Virus record (IMG/VR): IMGVR_UViG_2930248008_000005
Location: 31,390-95,389 of that record
Source of the DNA: a virus
Taxonomy: Duplodnaviria; Caudoviricetes
Strand: one strand, 5' to 3'
Length of the DNA: 64,000 nucleotides
Below, in pieces: positions 49,234-57,967 of the stretch. Both the position numbers and the translations under genes were made by a program. Numbering within the stretch: the first letter of the stretch is position 1; the number at the start of each line of letters is the position of its first letter. A model generated the notes under the pieces. The model was not told the DNA's origin, did not search any database, and saw only the letters and a list, made by a program, of their open reading frames with translations.

Positions 49234-50304
49234 ATGCCGTTCCTGCTCTGCTTCATCATCGCGGCCGTCGTGACCGAGGGCGTCAAAGAGGCCCTCGGCC
49301 TCGGCCGGGACACCGCCAGAAAGGCCTGGGAGAAGTCCTGGGACCGCGCGGCGGAGTCCTCGCGCCAACTGCGGGAGGCCACCGACCGGCGGCTGCGGGC
49401 GATGCGCGGCCACCGGGTCGGCAAGTACGCGGCGTTCGGCGTGGCCGCCAGCTCGTGGGCGGCGCGCCTGGCCGGCCGGGCCGGCGGCCGGGGCCTGCTC
49501 TTCGGGGCCCGGGCCACTGGGGCGACCGTCCGGGCGCTGCTGCTCGGCACGGCGGCCGTGGCCGGCGCGGCCTACCGCGGCGGCCGACGCGGCCTGGTCA
49601 CGGGAGCCGGCTGGTACGAGAGCTACGCAGCCAAGCGCGGAAAGGCTCCGTCCGGCCGGGCGGCACGACTGATCGACCGCCTGAAGGACCGCGCCAGCAC
49701 GGTGGACAGCTCCGCCACCGAGCGCCCGACCACCCAGCCGCCGGCGGCACCGACGCCGCCGGTCGACGAACCGCCGACGGCCCGGCCAATGCCGGGCCCG
49801 ACCAACCCCGACCCGACCACCACCTCCGCGCCGGCGGCCATCGCTGACGCCGGACCCGTTCTTGAGGGAGAGATCGTGACCACTCCGACTGACACCGCGC
49901 CGGCCCTGGGTGCAAGCCCCGAGGTGCTGGGCCATGAGACGGCCATCGCCAACCTGCAGGCGCGCATCGAGCAGGCGAACCGCGCTGCGGAGATCGCCCA
50001 GATGATCGAGAACCTCCAGGGCGAGCTGAGCGGCATCGCCAACGACATGGCCGGCGGGCAGCAGCTGCTCACCGACCAGATCGGCGCGCTCGGCGTCACC
50101 GCGCCGAACATGGCGACCGCCGTGGAGCAGCTGCTCCTGGTGGCCGCCGCGGCCTCGCCGGACCTGATGCTCCAGACGCAGGAGGCCCTCAGCGACGTCA
50201 GCGCGGGCCTACAGGCCGACATCGACGATCTGCAGGCCCGCTTCGGTCACGCACACGAGACCGTCGTCAGCGAGGGCATCAACCCCGCCTACCTCGCGGG
50301 CTGA
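49234..50304 (+). CDS. Transfer-associated protein (TM, Pro-rich linker, coiled coil)
   Basis: Directly upstream of traB. Confidence 0.55.
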   Translation: MPFLLCFIIAAVVTEGVKEALGLGRDTARKAWEKSWDRAAESSRQLREATDRRLRAMRGHRVGKYAAFGVAASSWAARLAGRAGGRGLLFGARATGATVRALLLGTAAVAGAAYRGGRRGLVTGAGWYESYAAKRGKAPSGRAARLIDRLKDRASTVDSSATERPTTQPPAAPTPPVDEPPTARPMPGPTNPDPTTTSAPAAIADAGPVLEGEIVTTPTDTAPALGASPEVLGHETAIANLQARIEQANRAAEIAQMIENLQGELSGIANDMAGGQQLLTDQIGALGVTAPNMATAVEQLLLVAAAASPDLMLQTQEALSDVSAGLQADIDDLQARFGHAHETVVSEGINPAYLAG

Positions 50305-50389
50305 CCGCTTCCGTGGCCGCCCGGGTGACCGGGCGGTGCGCGGTGGCCGCCAGGGCCAAGAGAACCCCCGAGTAGCACGGAGAGGAACC

Positions 50390-52642
50390 ATGGCATCCAC
50401 CAGCACCCGCGCCCGCCGGCAGCCCGGCGAGGCCGCCGACAAGCGCGAGGCGCCGGCCGACCGGAAGCCGGACTCCGAGGAGGAGGCGACGCCCACCGCC
50501 CCGCTGCTGCCGTACGCCGAGATGGGCCAGCGCCTTCGCGGCGGGGTCGAGGTCCTGTCCGCCGCCGCGGTGACCGCCGCGGCCGGCCAGGTCGTCTACC
50601 AGAACCACGCCGCGATGTACGCGGCGATGGCCGTGCCGGTGTTCGGCGTGGCCGCGTGGAAGCTGTCGCCGAAGCTGATCGACAAGACCCTGGCCCGAGT
50701 GGAGGGGAAGCAGACCGCCGAGGCGATCGAGGCCGGCGAGCCGGAGGCCCTCACCCGCCGGGAGCGCATCCGCCGCGCGGTCGCTGCGGCCACCGCAGCG
50801 GCGACCGGCTGGGTGGCTGCCGCCGGCACGGTGGGACTTGAGCCCCATACCCTCGGCGGCAAGGTCACCATCACCGCCGGTGCGCTGCTGACGATGCTGG
50901 CCGGGGTGCCATACCTGCGTTTCCACCGCTTCGAGGCGATCCCGCCAGCGAAGCCGAAGCCCGACCCCCGGCCTGAGCCCGAGCCCGAACCGGAGCCCGA
51001 ACCGGAGCCCGAGCCGGCCCCGTTCGGCTGGGCCGTCGAGGTCGCGAAGAAGGTCGCCATCTGGACCACCGCGGTCGCGCTGACCGCTGGCGCGCTACCT
51101 GGCACCCACCTGGTCGAGCACACCGTCGAGGAGATCAAGGGCGGCTGGCGCGCCACGATCGCCTCCGACCTGCCGGGCACGGTCAAGCCGAGCAAGTTCG
51201 TGCAGGCCGCTGAGCAGGTCGCTGGCGCCTACGAGGTCGACATCCCCGACGTGTCGATCGAGCTGATGCCTGGCAACGCCAGCCAGGCGATCCTGACCGT
51301 ACAGAAGGAGAACCCGCTCGCGGCGATCCAGCACTGGCAGGGACCGGAGGCCACTTTCGACGTCGAGACTGGCGTGGCCCACATCGGCCTGCACGCCGAC
51401 GGGGAGCTGGTGCGCTACCGCTTCTGGTCCACTGGCGGCGCCTGGCACGACCTGATCTCCGGAGCGACGGGCTCTGGCAAGTCGGAGCTGGTCAACCTCC
51501 TGCTGGCCCTGGAGCGCCACGCCACGGTGCTGGTGCCCGAGGAAGTCGACGGCGAGACGAAGATGGTCAAGAAGGGCCTGATCGTCTCCCGGGTCATCGA
51601 CCCGCAGTTCGGCCAGAGCTTTGGCGACTGGCAGGACTACGTCGACTGGTTCGCCCACCACCTCGACGAGGCGCGGATCCTGCTGCAGAAGACCGAGCGG
51701 GAGATGTTCGCCCGCAACCGGGCCTTCGGCCGGCAGAAGTGGTACGACGAGGAGCGCAAGGTCTGGCGGCGGGGCCAGAAGAACTGGAAGCCCACGCCCG
51801 AGCTGCCGATGATCGTGATCACGATCGACGAGGCGCACATGATCCTCAAGGATCCTGAGTGCAAGCGGATCGTGGCAATGCTCGGCAAAATGGGCCGCAA
51901 GGTCGGCATCAAGCTGCGCCTGATCACGCAGGTTCCGCTGCTGACCGAGCTGGGCGGCGACATGGCCATCCGCGACGCGGTCGCCGGCGGCAACGTGATC
52001 GTCTTCCGCACCGCCAACGCCCTGTCCGGCCAGGTGGCGTTCAACGGCACCCTGCCGGCCGCCCCGCACCAGCTGCCGCGCGAGTGGCCGAAGGGCAAGT
52101 GCCGGCCGGGCGAGGAGACCACCGCAGGCATCGGCTACGTGCTGGGCGCGGCGTCCCGGTCGTCGATCATGCGCGCGTTCTACCCGGGCGAGGCGATCGA
52201 CTGGATCTACCGCGACGGCAAGCTCTACGGCACGCCGGGCGTGCTCGACGCGCTGACCCGCCGCTCCGGCACCGGCTACGAGGACCGCCTGGAGCGACTG
52301 GAGGCCATGGACAACGGCGACCTCGACAGCATCCCGCTGCCGCAAATGGGCGAGCAGGACGGCCGGCCGTGCCGCCTGATCGTGCTGGAGCGCCTCCTGG
52401 AGGCCGATAACCACACCCTGCCCCGGCAGAAGCTGCTGGACCTGGTGAAGAGCCACAGCAGCCGCATGGTCGGCAAGGTCCTCACCGACCTACGGAGGGC
52501 CAAGTGGACCGAGCCCGGCGAGGAGTCTGGCTCCCACAAGCTCACCGAGGCGGGCATCGCGGGCGCCATGGATGAGCTGGCCCAGGCCGCCGAGCAGGAG
52601 GCGGCGGCACAGGCCGAGACCGAGGAGCTTGTCGACGCGTAG
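50390..52642 (+). CDS. traB: FtsK/SpoIIIE-family conjugative DNA translocase (TraB-like)
   Basis: N-terminal TMs, GATGSGKS Walker A, ITIDEAH Walker B, GRKVGI, C-terminal wHTH. Confidence 0.85.
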   Translation: MASTSTRARRQPGEAADKREAPADRKPDSEEEATPTAPLLPYAEMGQRLRGGVEVLSAAAVTAAAGQVVYQNHAAMYAAMAVPVFGVAAWKLSPKLIDKTLARVEGKQTAEAIEAGEPEALTRRERIRRAVAAATAAATGWVAAAGTVGLEPHTLGGKVTITAGALLTMLAGVPYLRFHRFEAIPPAKPKPDPRPEPEPEPEPEPEPEPAPFGWAVEVAKKVAIWTTAVALTAGALPGTHLVEHTVEEIKGGWRATIASDLPGTVKPSKFVQAAEQVAGAYEVDIPDVSIELMPGNASQAILTVQKENPLAAIQHWQGPEATFDVETGVAHIGLHADGELVRYRFWSTGGAWHDLISGATGSGKSELVNLLLALERHATVLVPEEVDGETKMVKKGLIVSRVIDPQFGQSFGDWQDYVDWFAHHLDEARILLQKTEREMFARNRAFGRQKWYDEERKVWRRGQKNWKPTPELPMIVITIDEAHMILKDPECKRIVAMLGKMGRKVGIKLRLITQVPLLTELGGDMAIRDAVAGGNVIVFRTANALSGQVAFNGTLPAAPHQLPREWPKGKCRPGEETTAGIGYVLGAASRSSIMRAFYPGEAIDWIYRDGKLYGTPGVLDALTRRSGTGYEDRLERLEAMDNGDLDSIPLPQMGEQDGRPCRLIVLERLLEADNHTLPRQKLLDLVKSHSSRMVGKVLTDLRRAKWTEPGEESGSHKLTEAGIAGAMDELAQAAEQEAAAQAETEELVDA

Positions 52643-52733
52643 CTGGCCGCCTCCGTCGCCGCCGGGCCCCACGTCCGGCGGCGGCGGTGACCGCCAGGTC
52701 ACCGAACCCCAAAACAATGGGAGCGAGAGAAAC

Positions 52734-53237
52734 ATGACCACGACCACGTACCCCCCGCGCGAGCACCTCCTGCACGGCGTGCCGGCGAAGGTGATGGGCG
52801 ACATCGCCCTGCTGCGCGCCCACGACGCCCTGCTGGGCATGAGCGAGCCGGAGCCGCACCCCGAGCGGCCCGGCGAGATCGTCGTCAAGGTCCTGGCGGA
52901 CCCCCGGATCGCGGTGCCGATCAGCGCCCCGTCCGCCGCGGTCGCCCTGCGCGAGCGTCCGACGCCGGCTCGGGCTGTGCCGCTGCGCCACCCGGCCGCC
53001 AGGCCGGGCTGGTCGGCGAGGCGCAAGCTGACGGTCGCCGGCGGCGCCGTCCTGGCTGCCTCCGCCCTGCTCGGGTGGCTGGTCAGCCAGCTGCTGGCGC
53101 TGGACCTGCAGCAGATGGCCGCCACCGCGCTGGGCGCCGCGGCGGTGCTGGCCTTGATCGCCGGCATGGTCCGCAAGGCCACCGGCCACTCTCCGGTCTG
53201 CGTCGGCCTGCACTGCTCGGGCTGCTCGGGCCACTGA
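52734..53237 (+). CDS. Spd-like membrane protein
   Basis: Two TMs and C-terminal C.GLHC.GC; downstream of traB. Confidence 0.55.
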   Translation: MTTTTYPPREHLLHGVPAKVMGDIALLRAHDALLGMSEPEPHPERPGEIVVKVLADPRIAVPISAPSAAVALRERPTPARAVPLRHPAARPGWSARRKLTVAGGAVLAASALLGWLVSQLLALDLQQMAATALGAAAVLALIAGMVRKATGHSPVCVGLHCSGCSGH

Positions 53238-53312
53238 CGACTTCCGTGGCACCCCGGACCGCCGGGGTGCTCGCGGTGGCCGCCGGGGCCTGATCGAGAA
53301 GGGGGTCCGAAA

Positions 53313-53639
53313 GTGGGACAGGAGAAGGGCGAAACAACCTACGTCATGCTTGCAGGCGACTGCGGGCCAATGACTCGCACGAGCTACATCCCGACGGAGG
53401 ATGAGCGGAACGACTTCCAGGCGTGCGCCTGGCGCTACCGGATTCACTATCGGTACCGCACGACGACCAGCAAGGCTGACGGCTGGAGCGAAATGGGGTA
53501 CCCCACCCAGATGAAGGACGAGTACCTGGCGAGCTTCGTCGAGATTCACGAGCAGTGGCTGTCGGAGACGCCTTCGGCCGGCGGGGAGCGGCTGATTGCG
53601 GGTTCGGTGGAGGTCGTGAGGTACGAAGCCATCGCCTGA
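53313..53639 (+). CDS. Hypothetical cassette protein
   Basis: Bounded by type B repeats. Confidence 0.6.
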   Translation: MGQEKGETTYVMLAGDCGPMTRTSYIPTEDERNDFQACAWRYRIHYRYRTTTSKADGWSEMGYPTQMKDEYLASFVEIHEQWLSETPSAGGERLIAGSVEVVRYEAIA

Positions 53640-53740
53640 CCGCTTCTGCGGCCGTCCGGGCGACCGGGCGGACCGTGGTGGCCACAACAAATCGGGCCCG
53701 GATCCACGGTGGATCCGGGCCCGCTTGGCCGACGGCGCAG

Positions 53741-54001
53741 CTATGCCATCGACGGTTCTCGGCGCTTGCGCGGCTGCTTCGGGCGCCACTCGAAGCCGGA
53801 CTTGCGCCGCAGCTCTCCGAGGGCGTTGGCCCAGCCTCGCCAGTCGGAGCCGTTGGTGTCGCCCGGCAGGTTGCACAGCACTTCGTCTCCGCGCAGTACC
53901 TGCAGATGGTTGCCCCGGCTCCGCCGGAGTCTCAGACCGTAGTCCTTCATCGCGTCGAACAGCCGACTCTTCTCGCTGGGCCCCATGTTCACGTTGCTCA
54001 T
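53741..54001 (-). CDS. HicA-like protein
   Basis: GLRLRRSRGNHLQV...T.GSDWR...N....LRRKSG; GGGGAG RBS. Confidence 0.55.
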   Translation of the reverse strand: MSNVNMGPSEKSRLFDAMKDYGLRLRRSRGNHLQVLRGDEVLCNLPGDTNGSDWRGWANALGELRRKSGFEWRPKQPRKRREPSMA

Positions 54002-54121
54002 CTCCCCTGGTCGCTGGCGATGCCCGGATTCCGCCGTGCATCACCTTGTCTCACTCCGTCTAGCACTGTACCGTACGCTCTGGTACATAGAAAGACGAGA
54101 TCAAGACAAGCGAGGGAGCCG

Positions 54122-54700
54122 ATGAGCGCCGTCGAGACGATCCCGGCAGCCGCGGTGCACGAAGATGCGGCCCGCCACCGTGGGCGGCAGATCTCCACCC
54201 CGTACGGGTGGCGGATCATCCGAGACATCCGCCGGGCCCCCGACCCGGACTCCGCCGTGATCGTCGAAGTCGCCTCCGACGTCGACTCCTACGAGGCCCT
54301 GATCTTCTGGCCCGAGCGGCTGGTGCTGCTGCGCGACGACGCCCTGGAGACCGGCAACTGCTTCGGCGTCTACACCCGAGGCCAGGTCGTCGAGACCCAC
54401 CGGCTGCGCGAGCACGCCCACCTGAGCCTCGTCGACCGCGAACCCGGCTTCGCCACCGTCGTGGTCATCTGTCCGGTCCACCCGCACTACCTCGCCGAGG
54501 AGTGCAGCGAATGCGGCCCCGAGCACCTGGAAGCGGTGCTCGCCGCCGAGGACTACTCCGACGACGACCTGCTCGACGAGGAGCGGCGCACCTGCCACCA
54601 CTGCCGCGCCTGGGCCCCCGACGAGCACCTCGACACCGCCCGACACAAGGCGTTCGTCGCCCGCGCGTTCAACCTCTCCGCGCTGCCCCGCAGCGCCTGA
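54122..54700 (+). CDS. Hypothetical Zn-finger protein
   Basis: CxxH, CxxC and CxxC motifs. Confidence 0.65.
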   Translation: MSAVETIPAAAVHEDAARHRGRQISTPYGWRIIRDIRRAPDPDSAVIVEVASDVDSYEALIFWPERLVLLRDDALETGNCFGVYTRGQVVETHRLREHAHLSLVDREPGFATVVVICPVHPHYLAEECSECGPEHLEAVLAAEDYSDDDLLDEERRTCHHCRAWAPDEHLDTARHKAFVARAFNLSALPRSA

Positions 54701-54717
54701 CCCCCGAAGGACGAGCC

Positions 54718-55077
54718 ATGAAGACCTACCGCCTGTACGGTGCCTTCCTCACCCGCACCGTCGCCGAGGCCATCGGCGCCCCCGCCCACGTCAACCAGGG
54801 CGACGTGATCATCGTGGCCGACACCAAGCACAGCGCGCTGGAAATGGCCCTCGGCCGCAAGATCATGGCCACGATGCGCGACCCCAACTTCCGGGTCGCC
54901 CACGGCAACGACGTCGACGCCCTGCGCGCCGCCCAGATGCTGGAGCGCCCCACCGTGCTGGCCCACGGCAGCCCGGCCTACGGCTACGTCGTCGACATCG
55001 CCGCAGACGGCACGGCCCGCCGCATCGGCCGCCTCGCTGGCGGAGTCTTCGTACGCGTTGACGAGAACCCGTCGTGA
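54718..55077 (+). CDS. Hypothetical protein
   Basis: AAGGA RBS. Confidence 0.65.
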   Translation: MKTYRLYGAFLTRTVAEAIGAPAHVNQGDVIIVADTKHSALEMALGRKIMATMRDPNFRVAHGNDVDALRAAQMLERPTVLAHGSPAYGYVVDIAADGTARRIGRLAGGVFVRVDENPS

Positions 55078-55340
55078 CCGCGCGAGCCCGCACCCCCCGC
55101 TACAACCCCGACCTGCGCCGCCACTCCTGGGAGAAGCTGCGCGAGCACCACAAGCGGTGCCAGTTCTGCGGCATCCACGTCGAGAACAAGCCGGGCAGCC
55201 ACCGCGCCGAATGGCACCAGGAGTGGACCTGGCCCGACGGCCGAGTGGGCAACACCGAGTGGAGCACCAACAAGAAGCTGCCCACCTGCCCCGGGCCGAC
55301 CGGCACCGAGATCACCTCGCTCGCCACGACCACTGCCTAA
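55074..55340 (+). CDS. Hypothetical protein
   Basis: GTGA overlap; ends in a type B repeat. Confidence 0.65.
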   Translation: MTARARTPRYNPDLRRHSWEKLREHHKRCQFCGIHVENKPGSHRAEWHQEWTWPDGRVGNTEWSTNKKLPTCPGPTGTEITSLATTTA

Positions 55341-55422
55341 CCGGCCCGCTTCCGTCCAGCCCGCACCTCGCGGGCCGGCGCGGTGGCCGTCCGGCCAGAG
55401 CCACCGACGAGAGGTCACCACC

Positions 55423-55941
55423 ATGACGCAGATTGGCGCACGCGTCCTCGCCGTGCGCAACACCACCGACGACACCGTCTACGCCTACGGCTACGGCGTC
55501 TACGTCGGCGACCACCCCCGCCCCGGCTGGACCATCGACGACGAGGACCGAGCGATGGCTGAGCGGTCGATTCGCCGCCACGACGCCACGCCGGCCTGGG
55601 ATCCTGCCGCCCACTTCAACCAGAAGGCGGCCGACGGAGAGATGACCCAGGCCGAGGCCGATCAGTACACCGCCGAGGCCATCCAGCGCAGGGCCGAGGA
55701 GCGAGCCAGACCAATGGCCGAGCGGATCGACAGCCTCCTGCACTCTCTCTCCCTCAACCCGAAGATCGTGCTCGACGACGATGCCGGCGTCGTCTGGGGC
55801 ATGGAGTGCTGGTGGGGCGCGGCCGACGACCAGCGGTGGGCCCGGGTCTTGGAGTCTCGCCAACTCGTCACCGTCCCGGCCCCCCATCCGCCGGAGAGGC
55901 AGCCCCTGCCGGCGGCGCAGGCCAAGGCCCAGGAGGTCTGA
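55423..55941 (+). CDS. Conserved phage hypothetical protein
   Basis: GYGVYVGD ... NPKIVLD..G.VWG.ECWW. Confidence 0.75.
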   Translation: MTQIGARVLAVRNTTDDTVYAYGYGVYVGDHPRPGWTIDDEDRAMAERSIRRHDATPAWDPAAHFNQKAADGEMTQAEADQYTAEAIQRRAEERARPMAERIDSLLHSLSLNPKIVLDDDAGVVWGMECWWGAADDQRWARVLESRQLVTVPAPHPPERQPLPAAQAKAQEV

Positions 55942-55942
55942 G

Positions 55943-56179
55943 ATGGGCTCGTACTGCAGGTTCTGCGATCGGCGGTGCTTCGTCCTGCGCGTCCTCCGCG
56001 ACGGCCGGTCGATGGCGCTCGCCACCTGCGCGCGAGGAATGGCGCACGACCGCCAGAAGTGCGGGCAGGACCACACCACAGCGCTCAATCCGGCCACCGA
56101 CCAGGCCGCAATCCAGCGGCTCCTCGCGGAGATCGCCGAGCTGAAGGAACTCGCCCGCTCGGCAACCAACCCCACCTGA
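55943..56179 (+). CDS. Small Cys-containing hypothetical protein
   Basis: MGSYCRFCDRRCFV.R...ATC..G..HD. Confidence 0.7.
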   Translation: MGSYCRFCDRRCFVLRVLRDGRSMALATCARGMAHDRQKCGQDHTTALNPATDQAAIQRLLAEIAELKELARSATNPT

Positions 56180-56287
56180 CCGCCGCGCTTCCGGCCGGCC
56201 CGTCTCGCACGGGCCGGCACGGTGGCCGCCCGGCCAGCCCGGACCACCGCCGGGGCAACAGCCCGCCAGACACCGGAGGCACCACGC

Positions 56288-56545
56288 ATGTACGGCACCG
56301 CCACGACGACCCGCGTTCCTGACGGGGAGATGGACTACCTCGCGAAGGCCGGCGAGCAGCTCGACAAGGCCGCGCAGGCGATCGACAGCCGCGCCACCGA
56401 CAGGTACGTAACCAAGGAGGAGATCAGCACCGCCCGGCAGGCGATCGCAAACGGGTACGCGCTGCTTGGCGCGATCCAGCGCGGACAGCTCCCGGCCGCG
56501 CTCGCCCGGGACCTGCTCGACCGGCTCGCCACCGACAACCGCTGA
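56288..56545 (+). CDS. Hypothetical cassette protein
   Basis: Flanked by near-identical type B repeats. Confidence 0.7.
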   Translation: MYGTATTTRVPDGEMDYLAKAGEQLDKAAQAIDSRATDRYVTKEEISTARQAIANGYALLGAIQRGQLPAALARDLLDRLATDNR

Positions 56546-56628
56546 CCGCCGACGCTTCCGGCCGGCCCGTCTCGCACGGGCCGGCACGGTGGCCGACCGG
56601 CCAGCCCCCACAAAGACCAAGGAGAGTT

Positions 56629-57372
56629 ATGACCAGCCGCACCATCGAGGCCCGACAGGCGGGACCGGTCGTCGCCGACCTGAGCCTGCAGTACGGGCGC
56701 ATCGAGGTGATCGTCGAGCGCCGCGACCGCGCCGAGGTCACCCTGACCACCCCCGCCAGCCGCGGCCCCGCCGTCGACGCCGTCAAGGGCTTCGCGCTGC
56801 GCGACACCCGCGACGGCTTCCGCGCCCACCTGGAGATCCCCCCGACCGTGGTCTCCGGGGGCGGCACCACGGTCATCCAGGGCGGCGGCAGCGTCGTCGT
56901 CCTCGGCGACAACATGCACCAGGTCAACCACTTCTCTGGTAGCGGCTCGGTGGTCCAGATCGGCGGCAGCCACGGCAGCGTGGTGGTTGGCGGCGGGAAC
57001 GTCTCCATCGGCGGCGGGAGCACCGTTGAGATGCAGGTTCGCCTGCCCGAGCGGTCCGCGATCGTCGTCGACGCCGCCCACTGCCCGGTTCTCACCCAGG
57101 GCCGCCTGGGCGCCGCCTCGATCAATTTTCGGCACGGCAACGTCCAGATCGACGAGGTTGGCGCCCTGAACGTCCAAGGCGCGCACGGCAGCGTCACCGT
57201 CAATGCCCTCGACGGTGACGCGAACCTCCACGTCACCCACGGCAACATCGACATCCACGCGCTGCGCCCCTGCCGGGTGCGGGCGCGCACCCGACACGGC
57301 AACATCACCGTGAGCGGCGCCCGCGTCGACCTGGACGCCTCCGCTCAGCACGGCTCGGTGCGCAACCGGTGA
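56629..57372 (+). CDS. DUF4097/adhesin-like beta-repeat protein
   Basis: Repeated ..HG(N/S)(V/I) beta units. Confidence 0.7.
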   Translation: MTSRTIEARQAGPVVADLSLQYGRIEVIVERRDRAEVTLTTPASRGPAVDAVKGFALRDTRDGFRAHLEIPPTVVSGGGTTVIQGGGSVVVLGDNMHQVNHFSGSGSVVQIGGSHGSVVVGGGNVSIGGGSTVEMQVRLPERSAIVVDAAHCPVLTQGRLGAASINFRHGNVQIDEVGALNVQGAHGSVTVNALDGDANLHVTHGNIDIHALRPCRVRARTRHGNITVSGARVDLDASAQHGSVRNR

Positions 57373-57545
57373 GGGAGTTCTGGGCGAAGATCCTCGCCTC
57401 CGCGCTGCTGACCCTGCTCATCAAGGGCGGGGTCGCCCTGGCCGGCCACTGGATCGCCTGGTGGTTCGCCGCCCTCATCTCGCTGGTCGTCGTCTTCGGC
57501 GGCTGGTTCATCATCACCGGCGACTGGGACGAGGTGTTCCGCTGA
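57369..57545 (+). CDS. Small membrane protein
   Basis: GTGA and TGATG overlaps; two TMs. Confidence 0.6.
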   Translation: MREFWAKILASALLTLLIKGGVALAGHWIAWWFAALISLVVVFGGWFIITGDWDEVFR

Positions 57546-57886
57546 TGACCACCACTACGGTCTTTCGCGCCGACCCCGTCCAGTCTCACGATGCGTGCGG
57601 TGGCGGCGACCCGTGCGCGCACTGCAAGGCCGGACGCCCGGGGGTACCACGCTGGATCATGGGGGTGAGTAGCCCTACGCAGTCCGTCTGGGAGCTGGAC
57701 GAGGAGGTGCGCCTGGCCCTGCCGCCGCGCTTCCACGTGCCGCACTACATCGACACCTGCACGCCCGCCGGCTGGTTCTGCGCCAGCTGCTGGGGCGACG
57801 GCTGGATGTCGAGCTGGCCCTGCGACGTCGCCCTGCGGCACCCCAGGCACATCGGCCCGCTCGCACCCACGCGCACCTCGAACTGA
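57545..57886 (+). CDS. Hypothetical Cys-containing protein
   Basis: H.P....W.C..C......WPC motif. Confidence 0.65.
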   Translation: MTTTTVFRADPVQSHDACGGGDPCAHCKAGRPGVPRWIMGVSSPTQSVWELDEEVRLALPPRFHVPHYIDTCTPAGWFCASCWGDGWMSSWPCDVALRHPRHIGPLAPTRTSN

Positions 57887-57967
57887 CCGCTTCCGTCCCG
57901 CCTGGCCAAAAGCCGGGCGGGCGCGGTGGCAGCCAGGCCAAAGCAACCGATCGAGCAAGGAGAGAGC

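Larger units (their letters stand above)
28731..57945 (+). repeat. Type B intergenic structured repeat (~31 copies, ~65-75 nt)
   Basis: Consensus CTGRC-CGCTTCYG-[variable hairpin]-CRGTGGCC-GYCAG-GGCCA..GGAGG-start. Copies at ~28731, 29110, 29353, 29749, 30579, 31040, 34720, 36029, 36628, 37032, 37482, 37799, 38279, 38733, 39661, 40168, 40798, 41157, 42243, 43371, 44055, 44707, 48703, 50301, 52643, 53234, 53636, 55337, 56176, 56542, 57883. Confidence 0.93.

Noticed and set aside
50945-51015. PEPEPE-coding tandem repeat in traB
   Set aside because: Ordinary proline-rich linker.
11751-57945. CRISPR array interpretation of the repeats
   Set aside because: The intervening sequences are whole genes or short gene groups of 130 bp to several kb, the repeats are degenerate, and no cas genes are present.
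11751-57945. Classical integron
   Set aside because: No IntI or other tyrosine recombinase in the window, no canonical AAC/GTT cores, and wobble pairs and tetraloops mostly favour the transcribed strand. Kept only as an analogy.
11751-57945. Repeats as intrinsic terminators
   Set aside because: No U-tracts and no promoter after each copy; conservation extends well beyond a simple stem. Cannot be fully excluded in actinobacteria.
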